A stretch of 64,000 bases of DNA from positions 22,787,319 through 22,851,318 of the forward strand of contig OZ037768.1 of assembly GCA_964035545.1 (NCBI GenBank). The letters are read 5' to 3'. The notes below the pieces were generated by a model, which searched no databases, was not told where the DNA came from, and saw nothing but the letters and a program-made list of their open reading frames with translations. Shown piece after piece: positions 52,761-64,000 of this stretch. The stretch's first letter is position 1, and each line of letters opens with the position of its first letter. Source of the stretch: Bugula neritina (Eukaryota > Animalia > Bryozoa). The position numbers were made by a program, and so were the translations under genes.

Positions 52761-54310
52761 AGGTGTATGGGACATGCGTGAAAAGGGGTAGTGCAGAGTT
52801 GCGAGTCTTTCATGCTGTTTCCAATTTTAATATTTATCAAAAGTGTATATTTTTGATTTCCTAATAACTCATATACACCTTATAACTAAAAATTCGAAAG
52901 TATATGAGTAATTATATTTATATTATATTTTATTAAAAAAGAAGATCTAATATATTACACTCATAATTCTTGTAGTCTAGATGTTTGAAAAGATAAGAGA
53001 GATTTCATTGCTATAAGGCGTAGGTTTTTTGGTCTGGTGCATAAAATTTTAAATAAAAACCTATTTTTTCAACAGTTATTGAAGTTCATGGTCTGTTATA
53101 ATGTGTAACAAGTAAGCTATTTCAAACAACCAGCTTCTTGTTATGTTTGTTTTAAATAATTTTCTTATATCAAGATTTCCTTCACATACATTTAACATGT
53201 GAGTGTGCGTGTTTGTGCGTGTGTGTAATTCTAAAAAGTTATGTTAAAGGAAACATGACTATTATTTTATGTTTCTAAAATAATATTGCAGTTGTACACA
53301 GCCTAATATTTTGATATGTATAACTTGATATTCAATATTTAAATGTATTATATCTAAAACTGAAACCTTCAAAGCATGTCCCACGCCAAGCCTTTCAGTT
53401 CTCACATATGCCATGTATTTAAATGATTGTATTGATTTCACAGCTACACCTAGACACATTAGCTTCATAGACATGATACAATTATGCTGAAAGGACAATA
53501 ATTAAAATTGCTTTAACTATATTACACTTAGAATTGGAATATAATTATATATGAGGAGAGCATTGAGAAATTCTGGTGTATATGACAAGTAGGTAATTCA
53601 ATCTGCACGATTATATTGATTCGTCATTGATCTCTTCTAGACAGAGAATGTGGAGGTCATGTGGAAGTGAAATATTATAACTTTAGTCAATATAATACGT
53701 TATATAATATCTACTGTGCTGAAACCTGAATACTTTAATGCATGATAAGACAAATTTAGGTTGGAATTAAAAAAATTACTTTCTTCATTTAAGCTCCTGG
53801 TTAATTTTTGTCTAGTGTAAATTAGCAACTTCAACTTCAATGTTTGGTGAAACAAATAAACCATGGATCTTGAACCTAAAGCTCTTTCAATTATCTCAAT
53901 ATAATCAATGGCCATATTTTCTGTTGACCTTTGTGTCTTTATAAATATGCTGTCAGCATTGCCAAAATAGGGATTTTGTACATCAGAAAAACAAAATTAA
54001 AAACTATAATTATAAGCATCAACTAGTTTAAAGCTAAATTTTATTTCTATTTATATTGATAATGATTGCACAGCTGTATGGTGTATGTGAGGCATATTCT
54101 TTAGCATTCAGTTCCACAGATGTACTTTGAGGGGGGCATTGATCACCAGCCTATAAACACTTTATTTATAGAACTACTCTACAAAATCTGTCCAGCACTT
54201 TCTTCTATGCAATCAATATGATGTCTTTCGGTATGGATTTTAGCTCAAATGCAAAGTGCAGGATTATACAATATCTGCGTTCTGATCCTCTTACTTAATT
54301 TGTTTTGTAG

Positions 54311-54417
54311 CCTGGCAGCAGTGGTTTGGGCTCTTGACGTCAAAGAGATATAGACCTGAGGCTACTTTATTACCGACTTGAGTATTAAAGAATTGCTAAA
54401 AGCTGCTAAAAGGCCAA
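54311..54417 (+). other. Probable non-coding 5' UTR exon of the innexin
   Basis: tttgttttgtag acceptor and AA|gtaagt donor; no ATG; in-frame stop relative to the innexin CDS. Confidence 0.45.
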
Positions 54418-55420
54418 GTAAGTGCAATTTCTGTGAAACACCCCTTCATTCTGATACAGTTTACATTATTACAGTTGAGCGGAATAAAAAGCAAAATTAT
54501 TATAATAATCAAAATACAAATTATTTTTATAATAGATTGTATTGCAGCACATGTTTTGTGCTAGAAAAATTATCTAGCAATTTTAAAAATAACATCAATG
54601 AAAAACAAACTCAATGTGTGGTTTGGGTTAAGCTGCAATGGCCCCAAGTCTATGTTATGAGCTAACAAAGCAGCTAAGGCTATTTTTAGCAATGTGGAAT
54701 TATTTTAATATAAATATTTGCATATTTATGGAGTAATAATGTTGTTGACTCATCATCTAGACATGCTTTGTGGTTGTCGAATAAAATAGTTTACCATTTT
54801 AATTTTTGTAACCGGGCAAGGAGTTATCTACCCAGCATGACAACATCAGAAAAACAAAAACCATCATTTGTAATGATTTAACTGATCATTAAATACCAGT
54901 AATCAAAACCCGCATTTTAATAGAGAAAATAACTCCCATCTTGTATTTTATGCTTATGATAATCTAATTTAATCATATATTGATTAATTAATGAAATTGC
55001 TTTTATATAAACTTAGTAACATATCACTGTAAGTCTGCAACAAGTCTTTGTAGAATGCCTTGAAGTTGTGAATAAATCGATTTTGGAGTTTCACAAGGCG
55101 AAAATGTAATTAAAATGCCAATAGCCCACACAACAGACTGAACCAATTGCTTTTATACTGCTACTATATATTTTGTAAAGTGCATGCAGTTTGTAGTTTT
55201 ATGTAATCAAGCCTGATGTACTGATGTGCTTGACAGATATTCAAGTTTTCTGAAAGTCAAAATCTGTTGCTGCATGTGTGAAAAATTTCCTGAAGAATGA
55301 AATATAATAACATTTCACTGAACACTGTCTACAGTGACTTGGGATTATAGGGTATATAGAGCAATTAGTCATGAACACATAAATATATATGCTATAAATC
55401 TGTGTATCCTTTCTTGTAGT

Positions 55421-56608
55421 ATGGCGTTGCTAGAAGCTTTGTATCCTCTGACGGAAGTTTCCAGATTCAGACGACGATATGACGATGACTTTATAGACCG
55501 ACTGAATAATCGCTACTCCATGTTCATATTTATAGTCTTGGGTATTATAATCAGTACGAGACAGTATGTCGGTGACCCAATAACCTGCTGGGCACCTGCT
55601 CAGTTCACACACGAATGGGTCGAGTATACGAACAAAATATGTTGGATAAGTAATACTTATTATGTACCGATGGATGAGTCAATTCCCAACAATGATAAGA
55701 ATAAAGACCACTATATTGCCTACTATCAATGGGTTCCAATCATGATATTCCTACAAGCTATATTCTTCTTCGCACCGAGTATGATATGGAAGAAGCTCAA
55801 CAGTCAGAGTGGTATACATGTTAATAAGATTGTGTCTGTAGTGGGAGGGGCGGAACACGGTAGTCCCGAAGTGAGAGATAAAACTATAAGGTATATAGTG
55901 AGAAACTTAGACCGAGCTCTAAGATCTCAGAGAGAATACCGAACAGGCTGTTTTGCTCGATGCCGTCAATCTATAGCAAGAAACTGCTTTATTATATGTG
56001 GAAAGAGATATGGAAACTATTTAATAATGCTTTATTTATTTGTTAAATTATTATACATTGGAAACGGTATAGGACAACTTTTCCTGCTAAATGAATTTCT
56101 TGGAGATGGATATTACTTTTATGGGTTTGAAGTGGTTAATGATATGGCAAAAGGGAAAAATTGGACAACTTCCAAAAGATTTCCCCGAGTCACCTTATGC
56201 GATTTCAAAATAAGAGCTTTGGGAAACAAAATACACGAGCACACGGTGCAATGCGCTCTGCCCATTAACCTTTTCAACGAGAAGGTGTACATATTCATTT
56301 GGTTCTGGCTGGTCTTCATCTCCGGGGCAACCATCTTGAACTTTGTTCTTTGGATGTGGACATTGTTTAGAAGGAATCGCCGGCAATACGTTCGAAAGTA
56401 TCTAAAAATTATGCACAAAAACTTCTCTAAAGGCGATTACTCGCCATCCAAAGAGTTCTGCGAGGATTATCTCCGACAAGACGGGATTTTCGTGTTGAGG
56501 CTAATCGCTAAGAACACAAATGACGTGGTGGTGGGCGAGATTATACAGGCCATGTGGGAGTACTACAAGAAGCACCATCAACCCAGTAAACTATCCGATG
56601 ATGTTTAG
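55421..56608 (+). CDS. Innexin (gap-junction/hemichannel protein), single coding exon, 395 aa
   Basis: DDDFIDRLN, QYVGDPITCWAPAQF, ICWISNTYY, YYQWVP, FPRVTLCDF, VQCALPINLFNEKVYIFIWFW, YLRQDGIFVLRLI. The ATG at 55421 directly follows a ttcttgtag acceptor, so the ORF-track start at 55334 is probably intronic. Confidence 0.95.
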   Translation: MALLEALYPLTEVSRFRRRYDDDFIDRLNNRYSMFIFIVLGIIISTRQYVGDPITCWAPAQFTHEWVEYTNKICWISNTYYVPMDESIPNNDKNKDHYIAYYQWVPIMIFLQAIFFFAPSMIWKKLNSQSGIHVNKIVSVVGGAEHGSPEVRDKTIRYIVRNLDRALRSQREYRTGCFARCRQSIARNCFIICGKRYGNYLIMLYLFVKLLYIGNGIGQLFLLNEFLGDGYYFYGFEVVNDMAKGKNWTTSKRFPRVTLCDFKIRALGNKIHEHTVQCALPINLFNEKVYIFIWFWLVFISGATILNFVLWMWTLFRRNRRQYVRKYLKIMHKNFSKGDYSPSKEFCEDYLRQDGIFVLRLIAKNTNDVVVGEIIQAMWEYYKKHHQPSKLSDDV

Positions 56609-57444
56609 TCACGAGCTTAAGTCATGTGACTACACATGGTCGTCATGTGACAAGCTTTCATCCATTCTTAGTCCAACCAGTACCATTTACAGATATTGTT
56701 CAGCAGTTTATTCCAATTGAGTTGATTTTATATTTTCAGCATTCCGAAATATATTTTAATATGTTATTTTATCTTTATATGTATTTGATGTATCGTCCGT
56801 AGAAATATATGTATTTGGTTCGCTCAGTAGCTAGAACTGTGTCATAAATTAAATAAGGTGTTTTAATTTTGATATTGTATATTAATTCTATTCACTATGT
56901 ACATTTACATTATGATATTAAAAGTTTAGCAATAAATATCATTCAAATATTGAAGAGAAAACTGCTTACAGAAGGTTACAAAAATATACAAAAGATGGGA
57001 TAAGTTGATTCAACGTTCAGTTGTAGCTGACTGTTTACACTGAGTCGTAGTTTCTGTTTGTATCCCAAGGTCAATCAAATGTCAGTAGAGTATGTGGAGG
57101 GCTCAGGGGGAACCTAAACATACAATATAAAGTTCACACAATGTATATAGTAGCCACAAGCTTATTTCTGCTAATCAAATAACATGATGCCAGAAGGTGA
57201 TATTGAGTGCAAAGCTGCATACAGCTACAACCCTGGAGAACATCTTCTACAGGATCGAGTCTTTTGAGAGTAACTTCGTAATATATACAATGTTTGTATA
57301 GCAATATAATGAACATATACTGTCTGTATAGTAATATAATACCGGAGATATAGCATTCTTCTACACGTGAACAAAGTTTATAGTTACATATAATCACAGT
57401 TATCTGTCTTCCAGAAAAAGAACTAGTTAACAAAAGGAGTAGAG

Positions 57445-60400
57445 TTATCTGCACCTACCACTTCCTTTATCTTTATCCTTCTTTTTCTTTTTCTCTTTGT
57501 TTTTCTTTTTAGATTTGTCTTTATCCTTTTTCTTTGGCTTCTTGGCTGGTTCTGATGTTCCTTCTTCTACAAAAAGTAACCATAGCAACATGTATACATT
57601 ACCATAGCAACATGTGCATTGTCATGACAACATGTACGCATTACTATGACAACGCATGCATTACCATAGCAACATGTATACATTACTATGACACCGCATG
57701 CATTACCATAGCAACGTGTATACATTACTATGACACCGCATGCATTACCATAGCAACACGTATACATTACTATGACAACGCATATATAAATTACCATTAT
57801 CAGTACCATACAAATATTCAAGTGAGAGAGATTGTTCAATGTTGTGTGAATAATTTCTCAAAGTATTTTGTTTATAAACATGACTTTATTTCAACAGCCA
57901 AGATGAAACATCTCACAGCAGTTTTGTTTACCACAGCATTATATTGAAACAGTTTAGGAAGGGAACACGGTCTAGTGGTTAAAGCACTGGCTTAGTAAAC
58001 ACAAGGTTGGTAGTTTGAATCCCACTAAAGGCCGTTGATGATGTTAGGCGGAGCATTTGGTCATAATTGCTTTTTGTCACAATAGAAAACAAGTTCTTAG
58101 CCCGCTTTAAAAAAATTGTACCAGGGGTTCTCACAGGGACGGTGACTATAATTCATTATCAAAATTATCACAACTTTCATATGACACCTTGAGTACACAA
58201 CTCCACAACAATTATGCAGTGACTATAGCATCTCAATGAGCAGTATACTAGAAAGATAAAGCAACTCCCACTGACCCTGCACAAGAAGAGCTGGAGGTGT
58301 GGGCTTCAACTCAGATTCTTGCCGCGATCTCTTTTTAGATTTTCTTTTCTGAGGAGCAAATAACCTGTGTTGTTCGGGAAGCTGTAAGCAGTGCAAAATA
58401 AACTGGTATACTAGATATACATAGTAAGGCTCAGGTATATCAGTATATCATAAACTGGTATACTAGATATAAGAACAAGGTGGATGAGTTTACGACATGG
58501 GAGACAAATCCAATGCAGCTAAAATACAACGAGAAAAGGTGGTTATGAACCAGTGTGAGACAAGTTTTTTAAAGTTGAATATAAAAAATCAAGGGAAATA
58601 ATTACCACATTAAAACTTTGAGTTTTTTATTAAGCAAACTGCTTCTGTTGAAATGAAAGACAAATTCAGTACCATTAGCAAGAGAGAAGACAAATCTAAC
58701 AATTATAACCAGCAGAAAATAGAAGCTGTGGGTTAGACTTACTGGTCCAGGGTGTAATCTGAATCCAGCTAGCTGACTAGTACTCAGTGGGTTCAACTCC
58801 TTGCCTGTGATTGGTGGCTTTTCTATTAGAGACTTTAACGAACTGGAAAAAAGCAACAACCACCATTACATTCAATAGAGGTCTGCAGTAACATCTGCAA
58901 TAACATCTGCAGTGGCTTCTGCAGTGGCTTCTGCAGTGGCTTCTGCAGTAGCGTCTGCAATCACTTATACAGTGACATTTGCAGTAACGTCTGCAGTGAC
59001 GTCTGCAGTAACTTCTGCAGTGACTTATATAAAACTAGAAGGAGAAACAATCAGAAATAGCATTTAAACTTGACAACATAGTTCATAGAAATCATTTCGG
59101 ATTGTTTCAACACAAATGACCTTTTCATGCAGTGAAAAGCAGAAGATGAGAAATTCCAAGATGGCTGCAGATGAATAGAAAACTCAATAATAAAAAGTTA
59201 ACAGAATGACAACATAACAAAGTTGTTGATGAACATAACAATAAGAGTTCCAAAATAACAAAGTTAGTAAGCGATAAGTTGATTGGTTGAACTATAACAA
59301 GAGATAAGTTGATTGGTTGAACTATAGTAAGAGATAAGTTGATTGGGCGGTAGCATGGAATATGAGTTTACCAGGAATATTCTAGCTCTTTTAGTATTGC
59401 ATATCTCTCCCTGATTGAAGATTACATAATGATACACAAAATAGAAAGTTTATCATTGCTGCAATCTAAATGGCTATTGAAATCTACCACAAAGCAAGAA
59501 TATTGTAACATATTTGATATAAAATATAGAGTGAATGTAATTCTTTTATCTATACAATGGGTTTAATTTAGTTAAAAATTATTTTGGAAACATATTGGTT
59601 AATGACTGCTGTTTTATAATACATTAAACTAATAGCAAAGTCCTAACATAAAAACTGTCATATATTATAAAATTAGTCTTCACAATACACAAGCTGTATT
59701 ACTTGTGACATAAGGGAGCAGCCGTGGTCTAGGGGTTAGAGCATTTTGGATTAGTAAACGAAAAGTCATGAGTTCGAACCCCAGTAAAGGCCATTGGTAA
59801 TGTTAGGAAGAGCATCCAGTCATAATTGCTCCTGTGCCTCATATGAATAAATCTTAGCTCGGTTTAAAAAAAAACTTCCATCAGGGGTTTTCACAGGGAT
59901 ATCAACTATAAACTTGCGTGACAGTACTTGCTATATACTGAGAATATAATAGCCTGTGTACCCGGAGAACCCCACCTGTTATCATCGGCACTGCTGAGAT
60001 TGATGCTCCCAGGCAATGTTAACACTGAAGTTAGCTCCTCCTTCATCTTCTTACCACAGTACTTGGCGTAAGCATTCTCCAGACCGTGATAGCTGATGAG
60101 ATTCATGGAGCCAGTAACTTCTGAGGCTTCTACATATAAACAGCTTTATATCGTATCATATTGTGTTTTATATTATATCATTATACTGCATCATATTACA
60201 CTATATCATAATGTATCATATTATATCACATTATACTGTATTATACTATACATGTTTGACAAAGTACAATAGTATACTTTAAGAGTTACCACTAGGAAAG
60301 CACAGGCCATATCATAAATTAGCTAAATAAATGAAGTAAAAGTTGCTAAGTTGAGACAACTTTGTGAAATAACTAGAGTTTGAGGTTCATATATGATACA

Positions 60401-63400
60401 TCACAACTGTATGTAAGTTTTGCCCTTTATAAAATCTGTTTTACAGTGCATATAACTTTCCTTCACACAAATTGAGTGAACGTTACACTTCAAGAAGCAG
60501 TAAAAGTGACATGGGAGGTATTTTGTACAACTTAGAAAGAAAATTTAGCCGAAATACTCACTAATGAACGTACCTATTCACAACTAAAACCCAGTAAAAC
60601 TATCCAATTATACGCTAAGTATCAACAACATTTAAATACCTCGAATGGAACATAAATATCTGTAGCAGAGGTGAATATTAACTTTGGACAGCAAGCTCAT
60701 AGACTGACTTTAATACATGATTACCCAATCAGTGAAACTAAACACATCTTCCGGAGATATTTAGACAGACACCAAGTAAACAGTTGCCAGCTGATCTACA
60801 CCACTCATGGTGTTGATTTCAATCTGGAGTCATACTGTATACCTTCTATTCACAAGGAAGAAAACATGTTTTCTTGACATTTAAAAGTAATGAGGCTTGA
60901 CGTTAGCAAAACTCTGGAATAAAAGAACTCAACGTATATAAATAGCCGTTTATATAATAGATTATTATCTTTAATGATACAGCATACCTGGTGTAGATTT
61001 GTTCAATAGAATTAGATTGCGTATTATATGAATGATTATTAACAATATCTGCTGTGAAAAAGCAGGTGTCAACTTTCAGTATCATATTATAGACATTAGG
61101 GGGGGGGGTCTCAGCATCCCCGCAAACAGAAAGAATTTAGTCTGGGTGCACTAAAGTGAACTTAGCATTCGGTAGAACAGTGAACTGAGTTCATACAGTG
61201 GCTGCTGAATCATTGTGGAGTAGCAAGTGTAGAAGATATAAGGGTAGAATAAAGAAGGGTAGAATACACAAGTGTTGAATACAGAAGCAAGTGTAGACAC
61301 ACACATAGACTATGAAGCTGTTACAGATGCTGCTGGTGACAATACTTGTAATGTTTGCTGCGCTACAGCCAAGCTATGGGTTTGTATTCATTTATTAAGT
61401 AGCTTGTATATAAATTGGTGATGGAATTTCAAATCTACTTTTATATATGTTATATCGAAAGCCAGTAAAATGCTTAAATAGTTTCAAGGAAATTTTTACC
61501 ATTACTTTACAGTAAACACTTCTTTAATATAAAATATTGTAACCACAATTATATTATAGAAAATGTAACCACAATTATATTAAAGATAATGTTTTACTCT
61601 AAAAACGGCCAAAGCAATGGTTGACATAGGTATCAGTAAAAATACTGTAAATAAATTTCAACACATTTTGCCGGTTTCCACAGAAAATATTTTTCAACGC
61701 ACATAAAGGATCTAAATGACTTTTTCATTATTAAAATAAACATTTCTATTCAAAGACCTCAAAATTTATAAAATTTCTCTCATGTGATATTAAACGTTAT
61801 TTAGTATTCATTACATTTTCACTGCTGAGCAGTGTGTCAAGGCCTCTTTCCCACTTGGTATTTATTATAATTGCTAGATCTCTACTTTTAGCGGTGATGC
61901 TGACAGAAGTAAACAGAGAGGGAAAACAAAGTTGGTGAGAGGCACTCGACCTCCTATGTCACTTCAAGACTGGATCAACGAATAATAGTAGAGACAACCC
62001 CCAGAGTTTATAAAAATAACACAAAGAGAGAACCTTACATATTATGACTATTACAACTAACTTATGCCTTGCCTTTATGCACTAGGAATGAACTACTGTT
62101 GATAACGCAAGATGATTCATATTCATATATTATTTACATCAATATGTTTATCATCTGCCAGTTCTACTTACGATATTACCAAATAACAATGTTATAATAA
62201 ACAATCAGATCACACAACACAACTACGACTTCACAATAACTAAACAAAATTCGTCTATAATACGCAGAAGATTATATAATACATGAGTTCTGTTACATAA
62301 TATAAAGTCACACAGCAGAACAACCCAATAAAATATATCTAGACACATCTACTTTATGCTTATATATAAACTATTCACTCTACTCAAAGCCTTACTATTA
62401 GAATTGTGAAAAATCAACACAAGAATGCAACAACCATGACTTCAAAGTTGCTACAGAACGTGTTTAAATACACTGCACCTGTTGAAATTGTTTTCAATTT
62501 ACTTGTAATGTTTTTTAAAAAGTCACAGCTTGTAATGTCCAAGTACAAAACACATCTTAAATTTTTTTTTCAATTTTCAGCATATGAAATACCAGATGAG
62601 AGCAATTGCTCATCATCAGCTTGCAACCCCTGATAAAGCAAACTAATAGCTTAAGTACAAGCAAAACACCAACTCTTTATATAATACAAGTGGGTTTTAA
62701 ACAATGAACACTGACATTTATAGTTTTACAGCAGCAACCTAGAGTTGTAACTACAACATATATCAACATCAAAATTAAATAAGATAAAGGATTGATGATG
62801 TAGCAACAAAAATTATAAAGTTTCTAAGTTCCTTGCCCAGACATATTGTACAATTTTTGGCTTTTAAAAGTAAAAATATATAGTCTATGAGATGAAATTA
62901 CAGTAATTCAAATAGCTATGTAACGCAACAGCAATTACCAGCTATTGTAACAACACACGAAAGAGTTACACTAAGCATAATCTAGTTATTGTAATCTAGC
63001 AAGATAGAAGTTATACAGAAACGTGTAGTGATACATGAAACATTAGCATAACTACACAAAGTTATAAACTTTTCACGTTAATAGCTATTCATAGTTTTAA
63101 CATTACTATTAATTAGAAAAAATTTAACACCTAATCATTGATCAAACTCAAATTTTACACTTGTGATTAGAAAAAGATTAATTGTTTAATTGAATATCAT
63201 GTTGAATTACTAATGTCTGATAGCGATTTTGCTACATTTAGTCATAAGTGAACTTCTTTTTATAAAATTGGAGTTTAAAAATAATCATATTACTTATAGT
63301 TATACTCATGTCTTATAGTTATTTGATAAAAAATGTACTGTTAATGTTGGCAATTAAATATTCATATTTATATTACTATATTGTTATTAGGCTACTTTTA

Positions 63401-63763
63401 GTATAAGAAAACCATAATGTAATACTCATTACTCACACTGCAAAATTTAATGTAATTAGCAGTTAATTACTAAAAGTAGAAGTAAGTTAGAAAATGAAAC
63501 AAAATGAAAATGGTGACCATAATCATAATGATAACATTTGCCTTTGGTAAAACTAAAATTAAATGAGCAGACAATTAATAATTTTAAATAGATATAATAC
63601 CTGGCAATTCTTTGCACAAATAAAACGGTCCTTTCTGAACAATAGTGGGAGTTTTGCCTAAAGATATTGTAGTTTTCAAAGTGCCAGAGTAATCTTGGCG
63701 AGTCACTTGTGGAGATCTATTTCCCACAGGGCTATTTTTAAGCAACTGATCAAACGAAGCCAT
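57445..63763 (-). CDS. MED19: Mediator subunit 19; exons ~63763-63601, 60129-59976, 58843-58743, 58382-58276, 57566-57445
   Basis: MASFDQLLKNSPVGNRSPQVTRQDYSGTLKTTISLGKTPTIVQKGPFYLCKELP | EASEVTGSMNLISYHGLENAYAKYCGKKMKEELTS | SSLKSLIEKPPITGKELNPLSTSQLAGFRLHPGP | LPEQHR, then a Lys-rich tail KKPKKKDKDKSKKKNKEKKKKK. The first exon is absent from the ORF track. Confidence 0.9.
57578..57785. repeat. 39-bp minisatellite abutting a MED19 acceptor
   Basis: ACCATAGCAACATGTATACATTACTATGACACCGCATGCATT-type units. Confidence 0.85.
57961..58151 (+). mobile_element. tRNA-derived SINE, same family
   Basis: GGTCTAGTGG..AGTTTGAATCCC..GATGTTAGG..GTCATAATTGC..CTTAGCCCG..CAGGGGTTCTCACAGGGACGGTGACTATAA. Confidence 0.8.
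58882..59025. repeat. 12-bp TCTGCAGT(G/A)NNN array in a MED19 intron
   Basis: Direct reading. Confidence 0.85.
59714..59921 (+). mobile_element. tRNA-derived SINE, same family
   Basis: A box TGGTCTAGGGG, B box GAGTTCGAACCC, same core and tail as 6313-6535. Confidence 0.85.
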
Positions 63764-64000
63764 CGATTTTTAATATCACTATAAGAAAACTAAACAAATA
63801 TTTGATTGAATTTCAGTTTGTAATCGCAACATTCAATTTAATTCCATTAGTAAATAAATTTTTAAAAACTCAAATGACATAGTTTATCATCACATAAATA
63901 TAATTTTGTGATATGAGAAAATCTCGAAGTCCCAGTACTTACGAGTTAGGTACAAATGCTTTAAATAATTCAAAATTTTTAAGAAGCTAGTTATGCGCAT

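Noticed and set aside
55404-55412. GTATCCTTT U12-donor look-alike before the innexin
   Set aside because: It lies in the polypyrimidine tract of the acceptor at 55419; using it would remove the start codon
59714-59790. tRNA gene (also at 6313, 36690, 57961)
   Set aside because: A/B boxes are present but there is no closed cloverleaf; most copies continue into a shared SINE body

Overview
AT-rich, intron-rich animal DNA; the innexin, the CYP3-clan P450 and the invertebrate-type MED19 N-terminus point to an invertebrate, but I cannot name the species. Seven spliced or single-exon genes can be rebuilt by hand: the 3' part of a mitochondrial processing peptidase beta/core-1 gene (+), a CYP3-clan P450 (-), a calpain lacking penta-EF-hand (-), CLCN7 (-) head-to-head with VPS35 (+), an innexin with an intronless CDS (+) and MED19 (-). 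CLCN7 and VPS35 each carry a U12-type (minor spliceosome) GT-AG intron. Mobile DNA includes a tRNA-headed SINE family (about 8 copies, one with a long TSD), a 1.3-kb TIR element upstream of the P450, small MITE-like relics and a solo-LTR-like element with a heat-shock element. The most unusual signal is that many introns carry their own private minisatellite abutting a splice site. At eight or more junctions the repeat unit copies the splice site itself, and in several arrays every monomer reads GT...AG on the sense strand, giving stacks of up to ~44 AG|GT decoy or recursive sites. Exon coordinates were read by eye and may be off by a few bases.
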